From the IMG/VR virus record IMGVR_UViG_3300046168_000026, positions 1-64,000 of that record: DNA of 64,000 nucleotides. One strand, written 5' to 3'. This DNA comes from a virus. The notes beneath the pieces were generated by a model, which saw only the letters and a list, made by a program, of their open reading frames with translations, ran no database searches and was not told the origin of the DNA. Shown here piece by piece: positions 21,347 to 31,143 of this stretch; within the stretch, counting starts at the first letter, position 1, and each line of letters starts with the position of its first letter. Both the position numbers and the translations under genes were made by a program.

Positions 21347-22405
21347 TTAATTTTTCATTAAATTTAACTCTGTCGTTATTTTAGCGATTCTTGCTTTGAT
21401 TCCAGTACATTGTCCTTTCAATGCACCACCTGCGGAAGCAAGTGGGGCGTTTACTCCTACATATTTGTTAGGTGTTGTACTAATGTTTGGAATAGCTCCA
21501 TTTGAAGCAAATCCACTAACCGCATTATTTAACGCATCGAGTTCGTTTTTAATTTCGTCTATTTGTGTAAACATATTATCCATCGCAGCTTTCCATGCTG
21601 GTGTTGATATATTCACATCTTCTGTTCCTGCCAATATAACTCTATCCTTTTTAGCATTTAATAATACTCGGTCAGAGTTAACCATAAATTGTGGGTCACC
21701 CCATAGGTTAGCAGGTGTTACTCCTAAAGAAAATGGATGTGCTTGACTTAAGGATATAGTTTGTTTGGATGTCATATATAATGAAGTATCATCCTCATCA
21801 ACTTCCTCTATAACAAACTTATTCCAACCACTTGAATTTTGAGTATTTCTTAGTATTGTAATTGGTGATGTAGAGTCACCTTTCCAACTTGGTTTTTCAG
21901 TTGTCTTAGCACCAGCTGGAGTATATCCAAGTCTGATTGATTGTCCAAACCTTCCTTCAACTATCACATCACCACTAAATGGTTGTAGTGCGGATACACC
22001 ACCCACCTCTTCAAATCCAAAATCAAATTGAAAAGGTTTAGTAGAACTTGCTTGTGGATTACCTGCAGATGCTTCTGCATATCCACCCGAGTCAGCTCCA
22101 TCACCTTCAAGTGTTGTATATCCTGATGGTAATGCGTTATGATTTGTATTCCTTTGTAATGACAACGGAGTTACATAATACATTCGTGTTCTACTTGATA
22201 GTGCGTTGGAATCAGGACCTCTTTCATTAATAAGGTATACCATTTCCCCTGCAACGGGTACTCTTTTTATGTTGGTATCCAACGGCCATGCAATTTTTTC
22301 AACCTTAGTTCTACCTGATGCCATATTTACTTCAACCTTAATTGAGTAAAGTAAATCGGAATCAGAGTCTTGTAGTTTTACTTCTGTAACGAGACCTGTG
22401 GCCAT
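21347..22405 (-). CDS. Baseplate hub/spike-related protein (gp5 OB-fold-like N-terminus)
   Basis: PVAGEMV, GDVIVEGRFGQSIRLG, NSDRVLLNAK; adjacent to gp25 and gp6. Confidence 0.55.
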   Translation of the reverse strand: MATGLVTEVKLQDSDSDLLYSIKVEVNMASGRTKVEKIAWPLDTNIKRVPVAGEMVYLINERGPDSNALSSRTRMYYVTPLSLQRNTNHNALPSGYTTLEGDGADSGGYAEASAGNPQASSTKPFQFDFGFEEVGGVSALQPFSGDVIVEGRFGQSIRLGYTPAGAKTTEKPSWKGDSTSPITILRNTQNSSGWNKFVIEEVDEDDTSLYMTSKQTISLSQAHPFSLGVTPANLWGDPQFMVNSDRVLLNAKKDRVILAGTEDVNISTPAWKAAMDNMFTQIDEIKNELDALNNAVSGFASNGAIPNISTTPNKYVGVNAPLASAGGALKGQCTGIKARIAKITTELNLMKN

Positions 22406-22764
22406 TATACTTCTCCTGCTTCTTCTTTAGGTAGGTCTTTTTCAACCTCATCTATGGCGTCCATCAATTGTCTTTTCTCTTCATCAGACAACATATAGTT
22501 TCCACCATCGGTGTTATTATCTTTCATCATTCGTTGAACAATTGCTGCAAGTTTTATTAATGCGTCATCGTTCCTAACGGATATGTCGAGATATTCCTTT
22601 ATTAAAGGAACAACTACTGAGGCATCATTTAGATTCTTGACCATTGGTTCAAGTTGTGCAATCAGTAGTTTTATTTGTCGGTCTTTCTTTTTCTGATTAG
22701 AATAAATGTCAGCCATTACATCTGAAAAAGATTTACCTTTAAAAATTTCATCGTCTTTGGTCAT
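22405..22764 (-). CDS. Conserved hypothetical phage protein
   Basis: Helical ORF, translationally coupled. Confidence 0.55.
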   Translation of the reverse strand: MTKDDEIFKGKSFSDVMADIYSNQKKKDRQIKLLIAQLEPMVKNLNDASVVVPLIKEYLDISVRNDDALIKLAAIVQRMMKDNNTDGGNYMLSDEEKRQLMDAIDEVEKDLPKEEAGEV

Positions 22765-23479
22765 TGAATTCCTCGATTCTATGATTTATTTCTAAGTGTC
22801 CTTTTGATACAAAATCGATGTACAACTCTTTATATACATTTTTTAATTTACCAATTACTTTTGTAATATATTGGGTTTGAACACCAGTTCTCTCTCTAAT
22901 AAGTATGTAAAGAGCCTTTTTGTTGTAAGAATATAAATCATGTCTTGTTCTAAATAGTTCTGTAACTGAGTCTGCTATTTTTTGTTCTCTATCTTTAGAA
23001 AACAACTTGTATAGATTTGCGTCAACATATCTAACATAGAAATCAAAAAAGTCTGCTATTGATTCTTTTAACTCCTTATCGTAAACTTCGTTACCTATAT
23101 TTCTTGAACTATCAATATACTTTACTTCGGTCTTTTGTTTCATTCTTTGATAGTTCTGATTATTCTCATTGAATAAATAGTTTCTTGCTACCACAGTAAA
23201 ATAAGAAAACGCCCTACCATTAGCTCCATTAAATTTATGAATCTTTTGGTTTAGGAACGCAACAACATTAGCTTTGACATCATCATATGGGACATCGAAA
23301 TAATATGTCTTATATGTGTGAATAACATTTTCAGCTAACTTGTCAAATGGATAGTGAATAAATCTATTGTAGATTTTATTCTTCATCTTATAGTCGTCTG
23401 AATTGTTGTATGCGTTAATAGCTATTTCAGTAATCTTCGTGAAATACCTTTTACTCCTTTTCCTTCGTTTCCTCGGCAT
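22748..23479 (-). CDS. Phage late sigma factor (gp55-like)
   Basis: YFTK...AI..YN and KF...AFSYFTVVARNY region-2 motif; start probably MPRKRR. Confidence 0.7.
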   Translation of the reverse strand: MPRKRRKRSKRYFTKITEIAINAYNNSDDYKMKNKIYNRFIHYPFDKLAENVIHTYKTYYFDVPYDDVKANVVAFLNQKIHKFNGANGRAFSYFTVVARNYLFNENNQNYQRMKQKTEVKYIDSSRNIGNEVYDKELKESIADFFDFYVRYVDANLYKLFSKDREQKIADSVTELFRTRHDLYSYNKKALYILIRERTGVQTQYITKVIGKLKNVYKELYIDFVSKGHLEINHRIEEFNDQRR

Positions 23480-23738
23480 AATAATTTTCAAGTTTTTCTA
23501 TGATTGTATATAACTGCTTAAATACAAATCCAGTTTCATCATCATTTTCAAATGCTCCTTTAGTATCTAAGTCCTTCATCTTTTGCATTGAGTCATCTAT
23601 TTCCTTTGCAAAGTCAGATATAAATTTTTCCTGTTCTTCAACAATTTCTTCAGCAGCTTCATTCTTTCTCAGTAAATTCCAAGTAGTGAATGCAAATACT
23701 ATTGTTGTTAAAGACAATATAATAATTGTTTGTACCAT
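23451..23738 (-). CDS. Hypothetical membrane-anchored coiled-coil protein
   Basis: N-terminal TM helix; GAFENDDETG. Confidence 0.5.
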   Translation of the reverse strand: MVQTIIILSLTTIVFAFTTWNLLRKNEAAEEIVEEQEKFISDFAKEIDDSMQKMKDLDTKGAFENDDETGFVFKQLYTIIEKLENYYAEETKEKE

Positions 23739-23742
23739 AATT

Positions 23743-24534
23743 TTAATCTTCTACGATATCTTTAAATGCATCAAATACTTTTTTAGTATCCTCAGTCGAT
23801 GTCTTTGAGGTATTAAATGTATCTGATAATTTCCCTTTTGTAGATGGTCTTCCGTTTGGATTACGAGTTGACTTTACTGGTGCCATCTCTTTTTGCCATC
23901 TTTCATACTCATATCTAGCTGCATTGATATCTGCTTGATGCATGATATGAGGTAGAGGTGTTTTAAGGGTTTGGTCTTTATTGAAAGTAATATAATACTT
24001 TTTATTAGACTCGTCATACAACCCATCTGTAAGTTGTATTCCTATCCACTCCTCTTCACTACACTTAACTCCAAAATAGTTTAGAAGATAAAAACTTCTA
24101 AGACTATGGTCCATATAATTTAGGTTTGGATTTGTTTTGTAAATCTTACCTTGGTTTTTAACATGCCACTCGGAGTCGTTTTTAATATAGTGGTCTTCTT
24201 CAACCGAACCAAGTTTACCTAAGTCGTGATGTAACGCCGTAAATATAAGAGACTCTTTACTGAGTCCTTCTAAATCAAGACCCCACTTTTCTTGTAGGTC
24301 ATATATACTAAGTGCGTTTCTTGTAACTCTAAGTACATGGTCAATGTATCCACCAGGAAATGCATTATGATAATGTTCAACTGATGATGCAGGTGTATAA
24401 ATTATTCTCTCTTCAAAATGGTCATACATTTTGTTTAGTGATTCTAATCTCTCACCTGTAAATGTTTGGTTGATTAATTTTCTAAATTTTTCGTAATTAC
24501 TTACTAATTCTTCTGCAGTAAAAAAGTTTGTCAT
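23743..24534 (-). CDS. HD-domain phosphohydrolase (YhaM-like)
   Basis: HYHNAFPGGYIDH, LHHDLGK, HQAD. Confidence 0.8.
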   Translation of the reverse strand: MTNFFTAEELVSNYEKFRKLINQTFTGERLESLNKMYDHFEERIIYTPASSVEHYHNAFPGGYIDHVLRVTRNALSIYDLQEKWGLDLEGLSKESLIFTALHHDLGKLGSVEEDHYIKNDSEWHVKNQGKIYKTNPNLNYMDHSLRSFYLLNYFGVKCSEEEWIGIQLTDGLYDESNKKYYITFNKDQTLKTPLPHIMHQADINAARYEYERWQKEMAPVKSTRNPNGRPSTKGKLSDTFNTSKTSTEDTKKVFDAFKDIVED

Positions 24535-24535
24535 T

Positions 24536-25204
24536 TTATATTATTTTATCTATTATTCCAAGTTCTAATGCTTGTTCTGAAGATATAAAGTAATCATTGG
24601 ACGATATACTTTCCCAATGCTCTTTATCTTTCTTTGTACACTCATCCATAAGTTGATTACAATCACTTTCTAATTCTTCACTAAATTTAGCATTTGATTT
24701 TACATCACTTAATTTACCTACTACAACAGTAGACAATTGGTGTACCATAATCTTTGAGTGTTTGGATGCCATACGAGTACCCGTACCACACGCCAGTAAT
24801 AATGCTCCTGCGGACATCGCAGCTCCCCTAACAATGATATTGTATTTGATACCTTGTTTTTTCTGAGACCTCATAAAGTCAATTAACCCAAGAGTTTCAA
24901 TCACATCACCGCCTGGTGTATTCAATAAGATATTGAATGTCTTAACATCGCCACCATTAAGTTTGTTTAGTAATCTTGATTTTGATATAACATCAAATGT
25001 CATACCAGATTGGATTTCACCTTCTATAATAATAACATTATCTTGAGTGTCTATTCCATAATCAAAATGTCTGAAGTGTTTTCTATCAGGGTCTTTGTCT
25101 GGTGCTGATGCTTGTTTTCTTTCAGCCTCAGTTAACTCTTTATCATATCTAACTTCAAGTTCGTCTTGACTTGTAGTTGTCTCATTTCCGTATAATTCGT
25201 CCAT
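24536..25204 (-). CDS. clpP: ClpP-family protease subunit
   Basis: NTPGG, GAAMSAG (Ser), MVHQ (His), NDYF (Asp), ALELGIID. Confidence 0.85.
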   Translation of the reverse strand: MDELYGNETTTSQDELEVRYDKELTEAERKQASAPDKDPDRKHFRHFDYGIDTQDNVIIIEGEIQSGMTFDVISKSRLLNKLNGGDVKTFNILLNTPGGDVIETLGLIDFMRSQKKQGIKYNIIVRGAAMSAGALLLACGTGTRMASKHSKIMVHQLSTVVVGKLSDVKSNAKFSEELESDCNQLMDECTKKDKEHWESISSNDYFISSEQALELGIIDKII

Positions 25205-25271
25205 AGGTTTAATTATAATTTATACTAATATACAACATTTATTTGTAATTACCAAATCTTATTGATGTTAT

Positions 25272-26390
25272 TTAAAGATTTCTCCATGCAGCGGTCTTCG
25301 TAGTACCCTTAGTTATATTTGCAGAAGGTATTTTTTTAATTACAGGTGGTACATTCTCACCATATAGTTCTTTTGCATCTTCGTTTGGTACAAATCTAAC
25401 TTGCTCATTATCATCAAAAGTTCTTACTTGATTTTCTGGTTGACTTTCTTCCAAAACTTCTTGTACTTCTTCTTGCTGAGGTTCTGATGGTTCTTCCTCA
25501 TCTTCTTCAACAATGGGTTCGTGATAATCACTATCAGGGGTAACCCCACCATTCCCATCATGTATAATATTGTCTGTGCCGTTGTCATCTTTTCTTCCTA
25601 ATAATTTATTTAATGCAATTACCATAGCGATTGCTAATGGGTCAAAAACAAATACTATTAATAATGTAAACCAATTAACAATTACATTCATTGGTTTCTT
25701 AGTTAACTCTGCCATATATCTAAGTGGACCTATCTCAGCCGCCACTTCGTTATTTGATTCAATATCTAATACTTGTAATTCAAGTTTTGTAATTGAGTCA
25801 GTTAATTGTTCAAGTTTCACATTTATACCTGCCCTTGTTTCTACCGCGGTATTTAATTCTTTCGTTAACAACTTTCGAGTTGAGGAAGATTGTGTTGTAA
25901 TAATTCTACCCAATGTATCTGTATATTGTATTCTGTTATTAGAGATACCATTCCTCAAATCAAGGATAGATTTTGTTAAATTACTTTTTTCTATATTGTA
26001 ATAATCAAGTTGTTCTTGGAATCGGTCTCTCTTTAACTCAATTACTTTAACTTGTTTTTCTACAATTCCCAATTGGTCTGCGGTTGTTTGATATGCCGAT
26101 GTTAAGAATCCGTAGATACCTAATGATGTAATCACCATCAGTATACCAACTGCAAGAGTTAGATACCACTTCATCCATCCTGCTTTACTCCAATTATTAT
26201 GTAGGTATGATGCGGTCACAAGTTTTGCTACTTCTAATGCAGCTGCCATAATAATAACCTCAAACCTGGCTCCTGCGAACAAAGAACTCAATCCAAATAC
26301 TGAATAGTAAGCTGCAGAACCTGCTACTGAGAAGGTACTGATAATCATTAATAGGACGAACCCATTTGACCTGTTGAAAAGTTTTTTCAT
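25272..26390 (-). CDS. Multi-pass membrane/coiled-coil phage protein
   Basis: AYYSVFGL, LEVAKLV, ITSLGIYGFL, EIGPLRY, VFDPLA motifs. Confidence 0.6.
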   Translation of the reverse strand: MKKLFNRSNGFVLLMIISTFSVAGSAAYYSVFGLSSLFAGARFEVIIMAAALEVAKLVTASYLHNNWSKAGWMKWYLTLAVGILMVITSLGIYGFLTSAYQTTADQLGIVEKQVKVIELKRDRFQEQLDYYNIEKSNLTKSILDLRNGISNNRIQYTDTLGRIITTQSSSTRKLLTKELNTAVETRAGINVKLEQLTDSITKLELQVLDIESNNEVAAEIGPLRYMAELTKKPMNVIVNWFTLLIVFVFDPLAIAMVIALNKLLGRKDDNGTDNIIHDGNGGVTPDSDYHEPIVEEDEEEPSEPQQEEVQEVLEESQPENQVRTFDDNEQVRFVPNEDAKELYGENVPPVIKKIPSANITKGTTKTAAWRNL

Positions 26391-26550
26391 TTTTTTTCCT
26401 AAAAATTGGTTTTACTAACTTTTAAAATTGTACTTATATAAGACAAAGTCGCTAAGTCGCTAAGCTTCACCCGTACTTAAGTACTCTATAAATATCAAAA
26501 GTAAAAATAATAAAACAAATAAAAACAAGCTTTCCCCATAGTTGTGCCCT

Positions 26551-27453
26551 TTAGTGTCTACTAAAATTGGAAAGATAATTTAGAACAGTCAGTTCTTTTG
26601 CCTTAGCTTCAACCACAATATCAAGGTCATGACCATAAGTTTTGATTTCAGAGTACAAATAATCTGAATGTGCCTGTGCTCGTGCAGTCTCATCCTCAAG
26701 TGTTTTTGACTCAGAGTAATGAACAACTGGTTTGATATCACCCCAAGTGGACATCGCCAACTCCAATGCTTCTTGTTCTGATAACCCACCTGTATTGAAT
26801 GTATGGTGGTGATAATCAAAGACAATTGGAATGCCAGTCCTTTCGTGTATATACATTAAGTCCTTGACAGAATACATACTTGCCTTGTCATCATTCTCAA
26901 CAGTAAGTCGTGTCTGAACAGATTCAGGCAACTTCTCAAAGTTTTTACAGAACCTATCCATAGCGGACATCTTATCACCATACACACCATTACAATGAAT
27001 ATTGATTTTGTTGTAAGGAGTACGAGACAATCCCATCAAGTCAAATATCTCACCATGAATAGTTAAGTCTCTAAGAGTATTGTTTACTACTCGTTCATTT
27101 GGTGATACAAGAACATTGAATGGGCCAGGATGAGATGTGATTCGTTGACCATACTTTTCTGCCAGATTACCTGCTCCCTTGAGGAGTGTAGATATCTTAC
27201 GATAATCAGGCATATCTGATAACTTGAACTCACTAGCCCAAGGAACTAAATCAGAGGTCATACGGAATAGATTGAATCCGTTCTGATGATTCCACTTGAT
27301 AATCTCAATAAGGTCTCTTGTGTTTTGTAATGCGAGGTCTGATGACCTTGTGATTCCTTCCTTAAGGAATGTTCGTTTAATCATACTACGATTTGTAGTA
27401 ATCTTGTTTTTGCGTAGTGTCATATTGATACACGCGTAACCTAAGTTTGTCAT
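26551..27453 (-). CDS. uvsE: UV-damage endonuclease
   Basis: LGYAC, HPGPF, ENDD, FDYHH, HYSES, AHSD, EAKAKE. Confidence 0.92.
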   Translation of the reverse strand: MTNLGYACINMTLRKNKITTNRSMIKRTFLKEGITRSSDLALQNTRDLIEIIKWNHQNGFNLFRMTSDLVPWASEFKLSDMPDYRKISTLLKGAGNLAEKYGQRITSHPGPFNVLVSPNERVVNNTLRDLTIHGEIFDLMGLSRTPYNKINIHCNGVYGDKMSAMDRFCKNFEKLPESVQTRLTVENDDKASMYSVKDLMYIHERTGIPIVFDYHHHTFNTGGLSEQEALELAMSTWGDIKPVVHYSESKTLEDETARAQAHSDYLYSEIKTYGHDLDIVVEAKAKELTVLNYLSNFSRH

Positions 27454-27507
27454 TTTTTATTATTTAATTATTATACAATATACGAAAATTATTTTACAAT
27501 TCCAAAT

Positions 27508-27954
27508 TTAAAAGTTACCATCCGCAACTTGAAAACAAGTAATACCATTCGCTCTCCACATATCAACAACTTTGTTTCTATCATCGAATGTACAGAGAAC
27601 ATTGTCTTTACCAATATCATTTAACCAATCTTGTTTTAAGATATCATCGGGAGTAAAATCCTTCAAAGGTCTCATAAACAATCTGCTCCAAGGAACTTTG
27701 TGTTTGTTTAACCACGACTTGGTAGTGTGAATAGTACCTTTACTTCTACCACTAAAGATAATAACCTTGTGGTCAGTAGACGCCAACATCTGTGCCATCT
27801 TTATAACAGGTATATTAGGTTTATCCAAACTAATATTTTTAGGGTCAAAGAATTTGTCCCAATCTAACTTACCATTTGGTTTAGTAGATATCTTTCTTCT
27901 ATCATCGATAAGAGCGAGAGTACCATCTAAATCAAAAATTACTATGTTCTTCAT
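27508..27954 (-). CDS. HAD phosphatase (PseT 3'-phosphatase-like)
   Basis: FDLDGTLA, SGR, LFMR, FDDRNKVVDMWR. Confidence 0.85.
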   Translation of the reverse strand: MKNIVIFDLDGTLALIDDRRKISTKPNGKLDWDKFFDPKNISLDKPNIPVIKMAQMLASTDHKVIIFSGRSKGTIHTTKSWLNKHKVPWSRLFMRPLKDFTPDDILKQDWLNDIGKDNVLCTFDDRNKVVDMWRANGITCFQVADGNF

Positions 27955-27971
27955 ACTATTAAACTTTACAT

Positions 27972-28031
27972 AGTAAAGATAATAAAAAAAGGGGACTCTG
28001 GCAAGCCCCCTATGTTAAGAAATTGTTAAAT
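27972..28031 (-). promoter_or_regulatory. TTAACA-N5-TTAACA + Bacteroidota-type promoter, copy A
   Basis: TTTAACAATTTCTTAACAT...CTTG...TATCTTTA. Confidence 0.65.
27984..28010 (-). terminator. Intrinsic terminator overlapping a promoter
   Basis: Minus strand GGGGCTTGCCAGAGTCCCC followed by T7. Confidence 0.6.
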
Positions 28032-28229
28032 CTCATCGTACTCTACATCTGTAACTTCTTGGAGAAAATAGAAGTAACCATCACTTCCTCTGAGTACCAT
28101 ATCGCAGTTTAGATATTCTTTCCATGTTTCCACAATCGGTCTTCTTTCTTCATGGATTTTTCGAATGATTAAATATAGCGTATCATTATGTTGTAACTTC
28201 TTATATCTAAACCACGAATATGCTGACAT
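28026..28229 (-). CDS. Hypothetical protein
   Basis: ORF; stop codon lies within the repeat element. Confidence 0.5.
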   Translation of the reverse strand: MSAYSWFRYKKLQHNDTLYLIIRKIHEERRPIVETWKEYLNCDMVLRGSDGYFYFLQEVTDVEYDEI

Positions 28230-28234
28230 CTAAA

Positions 28235-28585
28235 CTACTTAACTTTTACTGTAATATTCTTTGCTTTCCTATCCTCATACTTTGGAATCTCAATATTAAG
28301 AAGACCATCCTTACAAACGGCTGATGTAGAACCTAAGTCGAAAGACTCGTGAATCTTATACTTTCTTTCAAGTTTACGATTATCCTTTTCAGCTTTGATT
28401 AAAAGATATCGGTCTTCAGTTTTCACATCAACATCTTTGTTTGATAGTCCAGGAACTTCCAACTCAATTTTCAAAACATCATCCTTAACCCAAGATGTTG
28501 GTGTTGAAATACTTTTTGCATCGGTGTCCCAATTTAACATTGAATCCATAACAGTATCAAAATTGCTATAAAATAAATTTGTCAT
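28235..28585 (-). CDS. Small heat-shock protein Hsp20
   Basis: ELEVPGL...A.CKDGLLNIEIPK alpha-crystallin motifs. Confidence 0.85.
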   Translation of the reverse strand: MTNLFYSNFDTVMDSMLNWDTDAKSISTPTSWVKDDVLKIELEVPGLSNKDVDVKTEDRYLLIKAEKDNRKLERKYKIHESFDLGSTSAVCKDGLLNIEIPKYEDRKAKNITVKVK

Positions 28586-28631
28586 AATAACCTTTTTTTA
28601 ATTAAACATTAATTTCTTTGATTATTATAGT

Positions 28632-28704
28632 ACCAATTGTGTACCAAATGGATTTGTATGACAAAATGTTAGTTTTGTAAGGTTATAGTATGACAAAGTG
28701 TCAG
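28632..28704 (-). promoter_or_regulatory. Paired TGACA-N3-TGTCA-type palindromes and a sigma54-like element upstream of hsp20
   Basis: ATGACAAAGTGTCAG (28690-28704), ATGACAAAATGTTAG (28658-28672), minus-strand TTTGGTACACAATTGG. Confidence 0.4.
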
Positions 28705-29102
28705 TTTAAGGATATAGCTGGTCCTTGTTTTATGACACGATACTTTCTTGTGTCCTCGAAACTCTCTTCAAGTTCTAACATTAAACCATCCATTTGAAAC
28801 ATTCGGATAGTATCATTCATCATCTTTTCATTATCACAAGTTATCCAAAGAGAATCGAAATCAAGTATAACACTAACCTTTGTAGTTTTTGGTTTGTCTT
28901 CGGGCTCTGGAATGAATTCGAACATAGGTTCATCGAAATCCTCATCTTCGAAATCATCGTCCTCAAGTTCACCATAAAGGTAGTCATGCATATAATAGAC
29001 TTTCGTCATATCATCTAAACTCATGAAGTAATTAAATTCTGGCTCGTCCCATTCCATGATACTCCTTTTATTATAAGTATGACTCATGGTTTGTCTTTCC
29101 AC
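28701..29102 (-). CDS. Hypothetical acidic protein
   Basis: ORF; true start may be downstream. Confidence 0.5.
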   Translation of the reverse strand: MERQTMSHTYNKRSIMEWDEPEFNYFMSLDDMTKVYYMHDYLYGELEDDDFEDEDFDEPMFEFIPEPEDKPKTTKVSVILDFDSLWITCDNEKMMNDTIRMFQMDGLMLELEESFEDTRKYRVIKQGPAISLN

Positions 29103-29506
29103 AATTTATTTAGATATTCTAAACCTTCTTTATTGATAATCGTATTATCTGCTTTTATAAAATCAATGTAGATATCAATTATGGTTTGTACAAACTCGCT
29201 GGTAAACCTATCCTTCATCTGGTTAAGTTTTGCCCCCATATTAACAACATAGTTAGTATCAGGCGCCTGCTCTGAGTCTATAAGAGAATGAATCTTGTTC
29301 TTAGCGATTGTGTAGTAGGGTTCTTTTTTAGCGACAACAACATCCCTAACTGATGCGACATAGGTTTCAAGGTCAGACTTCTCACCAAGCGTATCATCTG
29401 CCAACATATCAAATATGTCGGATGACGCGAAGTTCAAGTAATACTTGTCGTGCCTACGAGACTCCATTATCGAGTCTGAACAGAAAGGTAAATTTTTATC
29501 ATTCAC
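29084..29506 (-). CDS. Hypothetical protein
   Basis: ORF in tandem array. Confidence 0.5.
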   Translation of the reverse strand: MNDKNLPFCSDSIMESRRHDKYYLNFASSDIFDMLADDTLGEKSDLETYVASVRDVVVAKKEPYYTIAKNKIHSLIDSEQAPDTNYVVNMGAKLNQMKDRFTSEFVQTIIDIYIDFIKADNTIINKEGLEYLNKLWKDKP

Positions 29507-29518
29507 TAATAAAAGATT

Positions 29519-29815
29519 TTATAATCCTAATCTATATTTTTTCTTAGACAACTCAACTGCCTCAAAACAAGTCATGGCTAATTTATTTAACTCGGCCATT
29601 GTTACTTCAAATTCCTTATTGTCTATCTGAATGTAACCTACCTTAGTAGCTCCATGTGGGTGGTTTGAGAAATCAAATTGTTCGTGTACACGAAAATCTA
29701 AAGTGTTGTAGATATTTCCGTACTTCTTTTCGTTTCGTTCCTGTCTTTCTTGAGGAACTCCAAATGAGTGGTTTACATTACCAAGCCTCAATTTGGTTTT
29801 ATTATACTTTTTCAT
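29519..29815 (-). CDS. Hypothetical protein
   Basis: ORF with TATTTAT upstream. Confidence 0.5.
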   Translation of the reverse strand: MKKYNKTKLRLGNVNHSFGVPQERQERNEKKYGNIYNTLDFRVHEQFDFSNHPHGATKVGYIQIDNKEFEVTMAELNKLAMTCFEAVELSKKKYRLGL

Positions 29816-29870
29816 AAGTAACTAATTGTTGGTTATATACCAATAAATAGTTTTCTCAATACTAATAAAG

Positions 29871-30173
29871 TTAATTTTTCTTACGATTTCTTCGAGAAAT
29901 TCTATCAAACTTTTTTTCATCGAATTTCATGTCTTGTTTAAGTGGGTGTGTTCTGTTAAAATGTTGCTCTATCTGACAAGACCTACTTGCCCAATACCAT
30001 GCATCATACACCTTCGATTGTGGTGGGATAAATAACTCTTCACCCACCACAGTACCAATACCACTCGATATGTAAAACATACCACTTGAATTCATTTGAA
30101 CCTTTGCGTTAGGATACTTCTTCCTAACCTTTCTTTGGAATGACTTAAACTTCCTCGTCTGAACTTTGTCCAT
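29871..30173 (-). CDS. Hypothetical basic protein
   Basis: ORF. Confidence 0.5.
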   Translation of the reverse strand: MDKVQTRKFKSFQRKVRKKYPNAKVQMNSSGMFYISSGIGTVVGEELFIPPQSKVYDAWYWASRSCQIEQHFNRTHPLKQDMKFDEKKFDRISRRNRKKN

Positions 30174-30384
30174 TTACTTTGTTTTTTAAATTCTTAGTAA
30201 GACCTTTATGAATATGGCAGGTTGACAATTCCTTATTTACAGAACATCTGTCAACCTTCTTACCATTTTCAAGGAGTACTTCATATACCAAACCTCGTTT
30301 TAGTTTAGTTCGCTTCGTCACCATTCCAACTCTAAAGTGGCCGTTTACTTTTAATATAACACTATCTCCTTTTTCGAATACCAT
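30145..30384 (-). CDS. Hypothetical SH3/KOW-like small protein
   Basis: FEKGDSV...GMV...YEVLL pattern. Confidence 0.45.
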   Translation of the reverse strand: MVFEKGDSVILKVNGHFRVGMVTKRTKLKRGLVYEVLLENGKKVDRCSVNKELSTCHIHKGLTKNLKNKVNGQSSDEEV

Positions 30385-30584
30385 TACTTTATAACCTTAA
30401 TTATTTTTGTCTCAATTACAGAACCAACTTCGAACTCAATTCCTGAACCTTCGAAATCCTTTGTAACTTTCACCTCTGCGTCTGTAACAGACACTGCGTT
30501 AACAACATATTGTTCAGTTAACTTTTTTACTTTACCTTTGTCATCTGTGTGATGTACTTTTACTTTTGCGATGTAATACTTCAT
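30384..30584 (-). CDS. DUF4494-family protein
   Basis: KVK..D.KGKVKKLTEQYVVNAVSVTDAE motif, a family I associate with Bacteroidota and their phages. Confidence 0.7.
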   Translation of the reverse strand: MKYYIAKVKVHHTDDKGKVKKLTEQYVVNAVSVTDAEVKVTKDFEGSGIEFEVGSVIETKIIKVIK

Positions 30585-30593
30585 AATTTAATT

Positions 30594-30812
30594 TTAATTG
30601 TTTAACATATTATCTAATTCTTGTTCATCAACAAGTTTATATTCCCCATTTGGATTTTCCGAATGAGCGTCTTCATATATAGTGTGGTAGAAACTCACGA
30701 AGTGTCCTTCACCGATATCTACCTTTCCTGCAGGTATCACTACATACCCATAGTTCTCCCCTTGGTCTTGCCAATACTTAGCATCCCTTGGGAATTCATT
30801 TAATTTTGCCAT
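30594..30812 (-). CDS. Hypothetical protein
   Basis: ORF. Confidence 0.5.
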   Translation of the reverse strand: MAKLNEFPRDAKYWQDQGENYGYVVIPAGKVDIGEGHFVSFYHTIYEDAHSENPNGEYKLVDEQELDNMLNN

Positions 30813-31143
30813 TTTTCATTTTTTTAATTAATGTTCCTAAATCTCTACCTTTGTCGGTAGTCTTGTATGCTAACTTACCATCTTCATTGACTACCATACT
30901 AACCAATCCTTTGTCTACTAAATTAGACAACGCCATATCAGTTTCGTATCTTTGATATGATTGGTAAGCGTCCACAATAACCTCAGATAGAAAGTCTTGT
31001 GATTGTGATGTTTTTAAACCTTGTTTGATATAGTCTGCGAACACATCCCAATCGTTTATATCAAAGTTACCTTCCATAAGTTCTGAGACTATTGTTGAGG
31101 TAAACTCTCTAAGTTCTGATTCACTCCACCTCATCTTGTTCAT
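30796..31143 (-). CDS. Hypothetical protein, winged-helix-like C-terminus
   Basis: LSNLVDKGLV...YKTTDKG. Confidence 0.45.
   Translation of the reverse strand: MNKMRWSESELREFTSTIVSELMEGNFDINDWDVFADYIKQGLKTSQSQDFLSEVIVDAYQSYQRYETDMALSNLVDKGLVSMVVNEDGKLAYKTTDKGRDLGTLIKKMKNGKIK

Noticed and set aside
26457-26484. GTCGCTAA tandem duplicate and GTACTTAAGTAC palindrome
   Set aside because: Single short occurrence with no recurrence elsewhere that I could see; a function cannot be supported.
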